The notes beneath the pieces were generated by a model. It was not told the DNA's origin, ran no database searches, and saw nothing but the letters and a program-made list of their open reading frames with translations. A stretch of DNA of 64,000 nt, from positions 128,001-192,000 of the IMG/VR virus record IMGVR_UViG_3300044620_001883. The stretch is one strand, 5' to 3'. Positions 54,974 to 64,000 of this stretch are shown here, one piece after another. Numbering within the stretch: position 1 is the stretch's first letter; the number at the start of each line of letters is the position of its first letter. The stretch comes from a virus. Lineage: Duplodnaviria > Caudoviricetes. Made by a program: the position numbers and the translations under genes.

Positions 54974-55771
54974 ATGGCTACCTCTACTCCGCTTGGGCGT
55001 CCCAAAAAACCAGCAACAACTGAACCTTCCCTCGATGCCGTGAAGGCGTTCGTGGCCGCCGCTTCAACCCCCCAGGCTTCGGAGCCGCCCAAGATCACGA
55101 CCCCTTCCAAAGAGGCTGCTGTCCTGGAAGTCTCCGAGGAAGTACAAGCTGCCTTAAACAAGCAGGCCGAGGGACCGAAGCTGCCGGAACCTGACATTCC
55201 GCTGGAAGCGGTGGCACTCCCCGAGTTCGCCACACAGGACAAGATGCGCAGCGACGCGCTGGCTGGCGACGTCCTGAACGTGCTGGTGTCGGACAACGAG
55301 AAGGACATTTACTGCAAGGCGGTGCTTTTTGATGCGCCGGTTGTCTGGGATATTCCCGTGCTGGGCGGCAAGGCCAGCGTACTGGTGCGCAGTTTGAAGA
55401 TCACCCACGAGGATGCGATCCTGCGCTGGTTGGATCAGCTGGAGAAGCAAGGCACCGTCACCACGCAGTCCTTGTGGCTCACTTACTACAAGCGCGCGAG
55501 TACATTGCTGCGCGTGCTCAAGATGACTGTCGACGGCCGGGATGTTCTGGTCTTCAACCATGCAACCGTAGACAGCTTGCTGGACACCTCAGGCACTACC
55601 AAGAAGGCCTTGGATCAGCTCACCACCGTCTTCGACAAAGTCTTTGAGAACCTGACACCAGCCCGGTACGCGGTGCTCATGGAGGCCGTGACGGTGCACG
55701 AGCGCAAGATGAACAAGTGCAACCGCTCGGCGGCATCTGGAAATTTTTGGCTACCCGCCGGTACCGACTAA
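54974..55771 (+). CDS. tail assembly chaperone (G-like)
   Basis: Upstream of the tape measure gene; ends just after a slippery heptamer. Confidence 0.65.
   Translation: MATSTPLGRPKKPATTEPSLDAVKAFVAAASTPQASEPPKITTPSKEAAVLEVSEEVQAALNKQAEGPKLPEPDIPLEAVALPEFATQDKMRSDALAGDVLNVLVSDNEKDIYCKAVLFDAPVVWDIPVLGGKASVLVRSLKITHEDAILRWLDQLEKQGTVTTQSLWLTYYKRASTLLRVLKMTVDGRDVLVFNHATVDSLLDTSGTTKKALDQLTTVFDKVFENLTPARYAVLMEAVTVHERKMNKCNRSAASGNFWLPAGTD
55741..55747 (+). other. -1 programmed ribosomal frameshift site A AAT TTT
   Basis: X XXY YYZ heptamer in frame; the -1 frame is open to 56112. Confidence 0.7.
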
Positions 55772-56112
55772 TGCTGCAGGCATACCGTGCGGGGTTATTG
55801 GAACCTGCCTACGAGTCGAAATGGTTGTCCCGCATCCGGGAGAACTGGATGTTGGATGCGATCGAGCGGGAGAATGACGCGACCCAGGCGCTCCTGACGA
55901 TCCAGGTTCGCGCGGCCTTTGCAAACCTGTTCGAGAAACCCGGCGATATTTTACCCGAGATGCTCAAGCAGATTGAGCGCCTGTCGGGGTACAAGGAAAA
56001 TAACCCAGCAGCGTTGCTGGATGCGATGGGAGGGCAAGGCACGCAAATGCTGCAACAACTGTGGCGCGCCATGAAGCAGCAGGGTATGCTTGAACCACTC
56101 CCCCCAAAGTAA
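55741..56112 (+). CDS. tail assembly chaperone T-like segment (G-T fusion, about 379 aa)
   Basis: -1 frame relative to the upstream gene; ends 1 nt before the tape measure ATG. Confidence 0.6.
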   Translation, partial: KFLATRRYRLMLQAYRAGLLEPAYESKWLSRIRENWMLDAIERENDATQALLTIQVRAAFANLFEKPGDILPEMLKQIERLSGYKENNPAALLDAMGGQGTQMLQQLWRAMKQQGMLEPLPPK

Positions 56113-58491
56113 ATGGCGCTTCCTACACAGCCTCGATCTACCCTCGATCTCCTTAACGAGCACATCCGCTGGTCGGATGCAGCGCGTCAGGCCGAGCAGG
56201 CGCAGATGATGGCGGCGCAGAATCAGACGATCAAGACGCTGTCCGACCTGGCTTCGATGTCTCTGTTCGGGAACACGACCGAACAGCTCCAACGATCACG
56301 CAGCCTGGGCGATCAGATCATGGGCCACGCCATGCCGGCGTTGGCGACTTTCGGGGCTGACATGCTGGGGTGGTCTCCCATGAGTATGATCACCGCGTCC
56401 CAGCAGGCGGCGCGTCAGGGCGGGTTCACGCTGCGCAGCATGGACGGATCCGAAACCGTGCCCGTCTACGGGGGCATGGCCGCTCACAGCGTGGGAGCGG
56501 GAATCAACTCAGCCATGAACCGCTTCTTCCAACCCGGCGGGGCTTTGAACCTTGGAACCACCTACGGGGCCAGTCGGGAGGACATCGCGGCCGTCACGCA
56601 GGACTTGCAACAGCGTGGCGCGTTCGCCGGACACGCCGGAACCTTCGAGACCCTGACGTCGGAGCGAATGGCGCAGCTGAAATCTCAAGCACAAGGCAAC
56701 CCCGCGCTGGCCAAGGAGATGGAGGGACTGGCCGTGGGTGACCAGATCATCCACCAGGATCCCGGCTTGTCCGGACGTGTGGGGGACACCATCCAAAGCG
56801 CCCTGCGTGCCACGCGCGAATTGCGGGAGCTCCTGGGCAATTTCAAACCTCAGGAACTGTTCTCCGAAATGGAGAGGCTGACTGGTATGAACTTCGACCC
56901 TTCCAAAGCGGGATCGATGTCACAGGCGGTGACGCAGCTGCAGACCCGCGTAGCGCACGGCGCCAGTGTGGGGCTGGATTCTCGCACCACCTTGGAACTC
57001 GGAGCAGCAACAGCGTCCACGATGGACGCGGTCATGGCGGCCCGCACAGGGTTGTCACCAGGAAGCTTTTACGGAGCCGCAGCGCAGCTGACCGGCGCGG
57101 CCAATCAACACGCCCTGGTTGCCTGGCGGGAACAACAACAAGGCGGCGGGTATCGCAATTTATCCGAGGTCATGGCAACCACAGCCGGGGACATGGCACG
57201 CATTGTCACGGAGACGCCGGAGATGATCGAAGCCGCGCTGGGTGCGGCGCGTACCAATCCTGGTGAAGGTCGAGACGCGCTGCTGGCTTCCATCAAGGCC
57301 TTCGGGAACGCGGGGACTGTCGACGCTCGCATGGAGGCCAGACGTAACATGGCGCGTGTCTACAGCGACGTCACCGGGCTTCGACCTGGCGCCATGATCG
57401 GAGCTTACGGGCCGGATGCGCTCTTGGAGCATCTGCGACAACAGTCCCCGGAAATGCTTAGCAGCATCGCGGACGCCAGCATGAACTCCAACCGGAACTC
57501 CATGATTGGGGACTTCCAGCGCATCACCTCCATGGAGGGTTCCAATTCTCCGTACAACCGCGCACTGGGTGGCGCTAACCGTTCCGCGCAGTTTGCCATG
57601 GAGATGTTCCAGACGGTGGGCGGTACGGACATGCGCAACCTTCAATCTGCACTGCAGGCGGGGAACATGACCGAGGCCACCCGTATCGCCTCTGGGTTTA
57701 ATCTTCCGACATTCGGCAACGCCGGTACAGCGCTCGGCTATGCCGACCAGCGCATCACCGACGCATCGGGTGGCAGGCAAAGCGTCCGGGACTACATGGC
57801 TTCGATGCAGCAATCCGTACAGCTGAGTGAACGCTTGGCGCCTCTGCACACGCAGGGTGCGCTGGGTAACAGTTCTACGGTCGCGGCCAGTTACCTGCGG
57901 CAAATGAACGCCGCAGAGGGTGGACCATTGTCGCTCTGGACACAAGTCGAACAGGGGCTGTTGAGTGACTCGGCAGCTCCGCTGGGTTCCCAGCAGCTTC
58001 TCAATTACGCTCAGAACAACGGAGATGAGGACAGGGATGACCTGGTAAGCATCGGCTTCGACAAGAAGACGCACGGGATGGAATTCGCTGACAAGAAAGC
58101 CGTGCAGGATTTTGAAGCCGTCATGCGCTCCACCAAAATAGGAGGGCTGCAGGGAATAAATCTGTTCAGCAAATTCAGTCTCAAAGACGGTGATTTCGAC
58201 GGCCTGGAGAAGGCCCTCAAGGACCCCGCCAATGTCGCCCAGGTCCACGCGTGGGCCAAACAAGGCGGACTCGTCATGGGACCGAACGACAAGGGCGGAG
58301 TGGACATCTTGAAGGACCCTGCCAAAACGCAGGATGCGTACAATGCGGCCATCACCAAATTGAACGGCTCCAGTACGTCCACCGCCAATGCTTCGTCTGG
58401 CACCAAGGGTGACATGACAGTAAACCTGCACATGCCCAACGGCGGTATCTGGGGACTGATAGGAGACTTCATGATGAATTTAATCAAATGA
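56113..58491 (+). CDS. tape measure protein
   Basis: 792 aa, Ala/Gln/Gly-rich and helical; follows the chaperone pair. Confidence 0.7.
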   Translation: MALPTQPRSTLDLLNEHIRWSDAARQAEQAQMMAAQNQTIKTLSDLASMSLFGNTTEQLQRSRSLGDQIMGHAMPALATFGADMLGWSPMSMITASQQAARQGGFTLRSMDGSETVPVYGGMAAHSVGAGINSAMNRFFQPGGALNLGTTYGASREDIAAVTQDLQQRGAFAGHAGTFETLTSERMAQLKSQAQGNPALAKEMEGLAVGDQIIHQDPGLSGRVGDTIQSALRATRELRELLGNFKPQELFSEMERLTGMNFDPSKAGSMSQAVTQLQTRVAHGASVGLDSRTTLELGAATASTMDAVMAARTGLSPGSFYGAAAQLTGAANQHALVAWREQQQGGGYRNLSEVMATTAGDMARIVTETPEMIEAALGAARTNPGEGRDALLASIKAFGNAGTVDARMEARRNMARVYSDVTGLRPGAMIGAYGPDALLEHLRQQSPEMLSSIADASMNSNRNSMIGDFQRITSMEGSNSPYNRALGGANRSAQFAMEMFQTVGGTDMRNLQSALQAGNMTEATRIASGFNLPTFGNAGTALGYADQRITDASGGRQSVRDYMASMQQSVQLSERLAPLHTQGALGNSSTVAASYLRQMNAAEGGPLSLWTQVEQGLLSDSAAPLGSQQLLNYAQNNGDEDRDDLVSIGFDKKTHGMEFADKKAVQDFEAVMRSTKIGGLQGINLFSKFSLKDGDFDGLEKALKDPANVAQVHAWAKQGGLVMGPNDKGGVDILKDPAKTQDAYNAAITKLNGSSTSTANASSGTKGDMTVNLHMPNGGIWGLIGDFMMNLIK

Positions 58492-58901
58492 CTATTTTCG
58501 GATCCAGCAACTGTGTCTACGCGGTGTCGCAAAGAGCGACCAGCAGCGGCTATGCTCTAGCCGGCCTGCGCTCCGCCCCGCCTCTGATCATCCAAGGCGC
58601 GACATTCTCAGACCATGACATCGTGCTGCCGGTCAATTGTCTGAATCGTAAACGGTTCCTGTACAGCTTCGGAAAACAGTTCGGAGATGGCGCCCTGCAA
58701 GGCGTGGCCATGCTTGGCATGGGCAACTTGAACCTTGTCCGCATGGTCGACAATCTCCGCACATCCTCCGGCAACGGCCAGGCAACCTTGTCCACCCCGC
58801 TGGGTGGGTTTCGCGTCTTCGTCACCGGGTTTGGTATGGCACCACCAGACCCTGAGTTCAATCTGCAACCCTTCACGGTATTGTTCAAAATTGCCTCCTG
58901 A
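58488..58901 (+). CDS. baseplate/tube initiator-like protein
   Basis: 137 aa, tube-like; follows the tape measure gene. Confidence 0.45.
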   Translation: MTIFGSSNCVYAVSQRATSSGYALAGLRSAPPLIIQGATFSDHDIVLPVNCLNRKRFLYSFGKQFGDGALQGVAMLGMGNLNLVRMVDNLRTSSGNGQATLSTPLGGFRVFVTGFGMAPPDPEFNLQPFTVLFKIAS

Positions 58902-58903
58902 TT

Positions 58904-59605
58904 ATGGACGAACTACTCAATGCCATCACGAACCGGAGCGGGGGTTTCTGTTCGGTGGAATTCCCGCAAAAGTCCACCTTTACACCACGTCCGCAAAACA
59001 CCTATCAGGTGGAAATGCGCGACCTGCTTGGGTTGTCACGCGCGGACACGGACTACTTTGTACATGCCTGCCTGACCATCATGACAACACAACCGGACCT
59101 GGCTGCGTTATTCGGGGAGCAGGAGCGCAGTTACGACTTGCGGCTGTACCGCGCGGCGCAACCACAAGTTCAAGACGGGGCGCTGGAGCACGACAGCGGC
59201 ATACCTGGTGGTGTGTTACGTCGTGCGGCTGAATGGCCTGTACAGTTCGAACTCACCCTGCTGCGGCTAAGCCCTACCACGGCACTCCTCTCACTTCCCG
59301 GAGAGCGGGAAGAGCTGGTGGGTATCGTCGCACTAGATGACCGGCTTCGTGTGGCCTGGCCGGCGTGGCCCGGTGTGACCGGGCTGCTGGTTCCTCGCAG
59401 TCCTTGGACCCCAGGCAGCACAATACGAATCCAGCATGTACCGGTGCGCTTTCCCTTCCAGCAACTGCGCGACAAACTGCTGGCGTCGGACGCCGCCGTG
59501 TATTTGCTAACCACGACGCAGCTCCTCGATGCGTTCTTGAACACGCAGAGCCCGCAGCGCGCCGTTGCCTTGGCGATCACGGCGTTGGGGTTGTCCAATC
59601 TCTAA
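58904..59605 (+). CDS. baseplate-region protein
   Basis: Assigned by position only. Confidence 0.4.
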   Translation: MDELLNAITNRSGGFCSVEFPQKSTFTPRPQNTYQVEMRDLLGLSRADTDYFVHACLTIMTTQPDLAALFGEQERSYDLRLYRAAQPQVQDGALEHDSGIPGGVLRRAAEWPVQFELTLLRLSPTTALLSLPGEREELVGIVALDDRLRVAWPAWPGVTGLLVPRSPWTPGSTIRIQHVPVRFPFQQLRDKLLASDAAVYLLTTTQLLDAFLNTQSPQRAVALAITALGLSNL

Positions 59606-59617
59606 AGCTCTTTCCCC

Positions 59618-61042
59618 ATGGCCTTTTCCAATCCTCCAGCAAAGCAGCGCGAGGCTACCGCGACATTCAAGACATCCAGCGGCAGCGCCGGAGACGCCGG
59701 GGTCATCAGCGCCCAGGTGAACGATTTTACGCGGGCCTACGCGCAGGTGTACCCAGGCAAGACAAGCGGCACGGCTGAAATCCCGTACGGGGACATTGCA
59801 ATGCTGCTGGGTCAGATGCAGGCGAACAGTATCAAGCAGGCAAACAGCAAGTTCAGCGCCACCATCGAGGTCGACAGCGGGTCTGTGTCTTTCGCGGGGT
59901 TTGAGATCGAACCAAACCTGCAGATCAGTCCGGGGAGCTTCGCCCCGCAGGTCCACGCCGTGCATAACACGGCCTCGTTGCAGCGTCTGAACATGGCAAT
60001 GTACAGCACCGGTTCTGATGCCCTGAAGAATATCAAAGGCGCGGATATCATTCAACGCATCACCGACATCTTGAAGCTCATCGTTGAAAAATGGCGGACG
60101 GAGGTGTGGCCCTACCTGACCAAGGAGGACCAGGCGTACACGATGCGCATCCATGAAATGAATCTGGAACCGCTCAAGATCCTGTACAACATCCTGCAGG
60201 CCAGTGGTGAATTCGAGATTACCGGCCTGGCTCAGCTGGCGGAGAAGCTGGAGTCCGTCAACACCGACGTGAACAACTGGATTCTGAGCTCGCTGACATC
60301 GGACACGGACAATTTCTGGACAGCCTTCCTGAGTCTGTTGGGTAAAATTGGTCTCATGTATGCGCCAGGTTTTGGCGGGGCATCTGATAACGGGCGGCTG
60401 TTCAGCCCTCGTGTGGCTTTCGCAGAAGAGCGCAGCAAAGAGAACATCGACGGGCTGACGTTTCAACCGTCGCTGCAACTGTCGGAAACACCGATCACGT
60501 ACGTGATCATGCCGAAGCTGCCGTTCACCAGTCTCAACCGCTCCTACACGGCGAACGCCACGTTGCTCCCTGGGCAGGTCCCTTTGTCCGCGTTGAAGTA
60601 CCCGGAAGGTCAGATATCCGGGAGGGCTGAGGTGGTGGCGCAGCCTCCCTTCCTGAATCTCGCAGGTGCCAACTACAACCGCAAACCTCAGTGGGGTGAC
60701 AGCACCAGCATTAACCGGGGAACCAAAGATGCGGAGGATCTGGCCGAAGGGCACACGACGCAAATGGATGCCTTGCGGAAGTTCCTGATGGGTTATCTGC
60801 GCAACTCGCTGCACGGCCTGCAGCTGCGCGGCTCCTCGGTGAGCGTGTCGACAGCTCTATCTGACATGGACTGGGAGCTGGGACGGGCCTACGCGATCAA
60901 GCAGGGAGGGCAGCCGTTATTCCGCGGGATCTTGTCGTCCTGCGCACATTCGGTGAGTAGTAGTCCCGACCGCCCCACTGCTAGCACCAGCTTGGGATTT
61001 TCGTACGTGCAATGGGGAGGCTTCCGGCTATCCTTCGCTTAA
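59618..61042 (+). CDS. baseplate hub-like protein
   Basis: Position; C-terminal ...ILSSCAHSVS...STSLGFSYV typical of hub folds. Confidence 0.45.
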   Translation: MAFSNPPAKQREATATFKTSSGSAGDAGVISAQVNDFTRAYAQVYPGKTSGTAEIPYGDIAMLLGQMQANSIKQANSKFSATIEVDSGSVSFAGFEIEPNLQISPGSFAPQVHAVHNTASLQRLNMAMYSTGSDALKNIKGADIIQRITDILKLIVEKWRTEVWPYLTKEDQAYTMRIHEMNLEPLKILYNILQASGEFEITGLAQLAEKLESVNTDVNNWILSSLTSDTDNFWTAFLSLLGKIGLMYAPGFGGASDNGRLFSPRVAFAEERSKENIDGLTFQPSLQLSETPITYVIMPKLPFTSLNRSYTANATLLPGQVPLSALKYPEGQISGRAEVVAQPPFLNLAGANYNRKPQWGDSTSINRGTKDAEDLAEGHTTQMDALRKFLMGYLRNSLHGLQLRGSSVSVSTALSDMDWELGRAYAIKQGGQPLFRGILSSCAHSVSSSPDRPTASTSLGFSYVQWGGFRLSFA

Positions 61043-61045
61043 TTT

Positions 61046-64000
61046 ATGCTCCCTCGTCGCATTGACCGTCTGCGTACTGCCTGTCCCCTGACTGCTCAGC
61101 CTGTGGGTAGCTGGTTGATACCCACGCGCTCACCTCTGCCCTGTTCGCCTGACGAGGAGGTACCTGCGCCAACATTCCGCGAGGCGGAGCAGCTGCCAGT
61201 GTCCCAACCCGCGCTGCGCATTCCTGACGCGGTGGCCATCTCCAACGCCTACTTTCGACTGCAGTGTGCCGACTTGGATGGTGGTCCGCACGGTGACCCC
61301 GCTGTCGTGGAAGCCGGGGAGATCACACGCTATCTGTACTGGATCGACGTGCCGGACATCACCGACATGCAGCTCAATTATCTGGCAGGTCTGACGCCTG
61401 AGCAATTGCAGCCTCTGCTCGTATCCGATGTCACGGTGGACACGATCCAGAACATCACGAAGCTACACTCGACGCAGCTGGGGTTCGTGCATGGTCTGCT
61501 GATGGGTGTGCTGGCCAACGTGCAGGATGCTGTCTTTTCTGCCGCCGTCTCTCGGATTCGTTGTGTCTGGAAAAACTCCATCCAAACCGCCACATGCCCG
61601 GATCCGGCTGCCGCACGCACCAACCAAAGCGAGGCGGCCGTGCGCGCGGGTGTACTGAATCCCGTCACGATACTTGCTGGAGCCTTTGAAAGCGCGGACA
61701 GCCAGTCAGCCGCTGACGGTCTTGCCCGCCTCGAAGCCGCACGCAGGCTGACATGCCTGTTTGGCAACGACGCCTTCGAACTGCGCTGCACTGACGTGGG
61801 ATACCAAGAGGACGTGCCGACGGATCCGGAGGACGCACCTGCGGCGCCGGATGGTCGGCGTCGTGTCGGTGCCGTGTTTGTTGAGGCCGACACGGTGTTC
61901 GCATCCTCCAAAGCGGAAGCGGCAACGCTGGCCCGGGGGCAGGCCCGCCAGCAGCTCGACTGTTTTTACATCAACCAGGCCCTGAGTGTGAACTGTGCGG
62001 ATTTGGACCCCACCCATGCGGGTGTCTTTGTGCTGCCGGTCGACTATGACGCGCAGGTGGCGGGTAATCCGGTTCAGGTGCCGGCGGGTCGGTTCATCGT
62101 TTCCAACACCACTGACAATCAGGCCACCGCTGACGCGCTGGCACGCACCACAGCGGCGCTCTTGCTGGACTGCCAGTTCCGCAATGTCCGACAGGTTGTG
62201 CGTTGCGAGGCCGTCACGATTGGTGGTGTGGTGTTGCCTCCGGCGGATGCCTTGAAAGAGGTCATCGTCGAGGAAGGAGAGGTGGCGGCAGGAACCCAGG
62301 AGGAGGCAGACGCGCTGGCGGTCGAGCTTGGACGGCTTCAGCTCAACTGCCAGTACTGCAACGCTTACATCCCACCCTCCTGCTACCCGCCCAACTACGC
62401 ACCGCCGGAAGGTCAGGCCATCCCGCTGTCAGATGTCACGGCGGACTGGAGTGTGGACGTGGTGCTGGGGCTGACAGCTGGCACGCTCTGCATGGATGAC
62501 CCCGCGCAAGTACCGGCGGTGGCGCAAACTATCGCGATCCAGCGTGTCGAGCCACCGGAGGCCGGCTGTGTGTACGTCAATGACGAGATGTGGTTCGGTT
62601 GTCTGGACGTTCTTCCCGGCGGCGGCACGCTACCCCGTGGAGGGTACCACGCTCCGTCTTACCCAGGCAACACGCCGGTGGCGGGTTACGAAAGCGTGCC
62701 GCTGGCCGATCAGCTGTCGCCGTTCTGCATACCCGACGTCGCGCTTGGCTCCAAGTCCTACATCGTACTGCCCGCGGGACAGTACCCGATCAACTCCAAA
62801 GACGTTCCACCAGGCATGTCCCCGAAACTGTACGCGAACGAGCAGGCGCGCCTCTACGGGATGTCGCTTCTGCGTTGTACGTTCGCAAACCCGGAGATGG
62901 AGCTTGATTGTGCGTCTGCCTACAACCCACCGTTCGTTCAGGCACAGGTGGCGCAGGGGAACGGTGAGACTATTTCTGTTCAAGTGCCACGGGCACGCCA
63001 CGAATCCGCCTTCAGCTTCAGAGACGCTATCCGGGGTGCCCAGCTTGAGGCGCAGACTCAGCTGGTGTGTCGTTATGAGAACCCCGAGTTGATTGTACGC
63101 TGCTGGCCGCTCTACGGGCAAGCCGGTCAGAGCCCTGCGTTGGTTTCCGGTCTGTCCTCCGCCACTCTGTTGGTCTACGGGGATGGCACCGCGACCCGCA
63201 ACTGGGTCGCGGGAACGATCCCTTACTCAGAGGTGGTCACTTTGCAGGACTGGCAACCCGGCAGCGTCGCGACACCGGTGGTGGTGCCGCGCGGTACCTT
63301 CACATCCTTGCTGTCCAAAGAGGCGGCGATTGCGCAGGCGCTCAATTACGCGATCTCCAACATGGATTGTACCGGACAGGCGCGTGACACCAACGTCTGC
63401 AATGACCCGCTGCTGATCTTCTGTGGTGGTGTGGTGGAGCCCAATCCGGCTTCCCCGTACCAACCGGGGACAAATTCCGTCATCACGGCAAACCAATCCG
63501 TGGCTCCCGGTGGACGTATCCGCATGGGCAACGGTCACAATTATGTCATGAGCCGCAACCAGGCCACAGGGGTCTGGAGCATGCTGGATCTAGGCTGCTC
63601 AAACGATCCGCTGGGAGGCTGCTCTGGGAGTGGACTTATCGTACCGCCGTGTATTGCCACGGCCCAGACTCGGGATGAGGCCAATGCCCTGGCCTACCAG
63701 ATCATGCGGTCACAATTGAACTGTGCCGGTTCCGCGGATGTGCCCGACTTGTCGGGGTTGGGTGGCGGCGGTGGGGGCGACGACGGGGGTGGTGGGGGCG
63801 GCGGTGGAAGCGACAATGACGGCGCACCTGAATACTGCCCGCTGACCGTTTACCAAAAGAAGGACAGAGACGGTAAAATCATAAAGGGCAGGTTCGGCAT
63901 CACAGGAGGTTTCGTCAACCGCAAGGCGGTCAGGTACGGCTCCCGCAACGGTTCGGTCATTTCCAAGCTGGCCCCACCCACGATCAGCCTCACCAATGGT
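61046..64000 (+). CDS. large Cys-repeat virion protein (partial, runs off the window)
   Basis: Translated manually: open from ATG 61046 to the window end; about 10 repeats ending L-x-C-x-[FYW]-x-N. Confidence 0.75.
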   Translation, partial: MLPRRIDRLRTACPLTAQPVGSWLIPTRSPLPCSPDEEVPAPTFREAEQLPVSQPALRIPDAVAISNAYFRLQCADLDGGPHGDPAVVEAGEITRYLYWIDVPDITDMQLNYLAGLTPEQLQPLLVSDVTVDTIQNITKLHSTQLGFVHGLLMGVLANVQDAVFSAAVSRIRCVWKNSIQTATCPDPAAARTNQSEAAVRAGVLNPVTILAGAFESADSQSAADGLARLEAARRLTCLFGNDAFELRCTDVGYQEDVPTDPEDAPAAPDGRRRVGAVFVEADTVFASSKAEAATLARGQARQQLDCFYINQALSVNCADLDPTHAGVFVLPVDYDAQVAGNPVQVPAGRFIVSNTTDNQATADALARTTAALLLDCQFRNVRQVVRCEAVTIGGVVLPPADALKEVIVEEGEVAAGTQEEADALAVELGRLQLNCQYCNAYIPPSCYPPNYAPPEGQAIPLSDVTADWSVDVVLGLTAGTLCMDDPAQVPAVAQTIAIQRVEPPEAGCVYVNDEMWFGCLDVLPGGGTLPRGGYHAPSYPGNTPVAGYESVPLADQLSPFCIPDVALGSKSYIVLPAGQYPINSKDVPPGMSPKLYANEQARLYGMSLLRCTFANPEMELDCASAYNPPFVQAQVAQGNGETISVQVPRARHESAFSFRDAIRGAQLEAQTQLVCRYENPELIVRCWPLYGQAGQSPALVSGLSSATLLVYGDGTATRNWVAGTIPYSEVVTLQDWQPGSVATPVVVPRGTFTSLLSKEAAIAQALNYAISNMDCTGQARDTNVCNDPLLIFCGGVVEPNPASPYQPGTNSVITANQSVAPGGRIRMGNGHNYVMSRNQATGVWSMLDLGCSNDPLGGCSGSGLIVPPCIATAQTRDEANALAYQIMRSQLNCAGSADVPDLSGLGGGGGGDDGGGGGGGGSDNDGAPEYCPLTVYQKKDRDGKIIKGRFGITGGFVNRKAVRYGSRNGSVISKLAPPTISLTNG

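Noticed and set aside
266-63531. Many long minus-strand ORFs in the track (e.g. 324-1088, 3789-4922, 45866-46933, 50661-51731, 57160-58431)
   Set aside because: Antisense shadows of GC-rich + strand genes; no recognisable motifs; fully overlap better-supported genes
1-64000. Stop-codon reassignment, diversity-generating retroelement, terminase or portal genes
   Set aside because: Conserved genes end at TAA, TAG and TGA without fragmentation; no reverse transcriptase or template/variable repeat pair; no terminase Walker motifs or recognisable portal

Overview
A 64 kb segment of a large, GC-rich, contractile-tailed (myovirus-type) phage genome. Every credible gene is on the + strand. It encodes two separate fragments of a bacterial-like multisubunit RNA polymerase beta' subunit (10829-13960 with the NADFDGD catalytic motif; 31844-34834 with bridge helix and trigger loop), each interrupted by a LAGLIDADG intein. 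It also encodes a head module (prohead protease, scaffold-like proteins, decoration protein, major capsid protein), neck, tail sheath and tube, baseplate and tape-measure genes, a CHAP endolysin, several holin-like genes, and interleaved cassettes of small accessory genes. No beta subunit, terminase, portal, tRNA or CRISPR array was recognised. Most notable patterns: (1) a K-x-A motif concentrated in head-associated proteins, probably the prohead-protease site, which also separates HAD and Zn-ribbon modules from the RNAP beta' core; (2) a 12-residue HI[QKR]VS..K[RQ][AG] tag shared by four otherwise unrelated neighbouring proteins, resembling a capsid-targeting sequence for cargo such as putative peptidase and ART-like domains; (3) a GIY-YIG endonuclease inserted in an HNH gene, with a recoded duplicate of the HNH 3' end; (4) a promoter-flanked ~133-nt structured RNA; (5) recurrent TTG-N16-18-nAnnnT promoters placed for leaderless mRNAs; (6) a holin-like gene translationally coupled to a membrane-anchored stand-alone PAS domain. 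All family assignments come from motif recognition by eye; no database searches were run.
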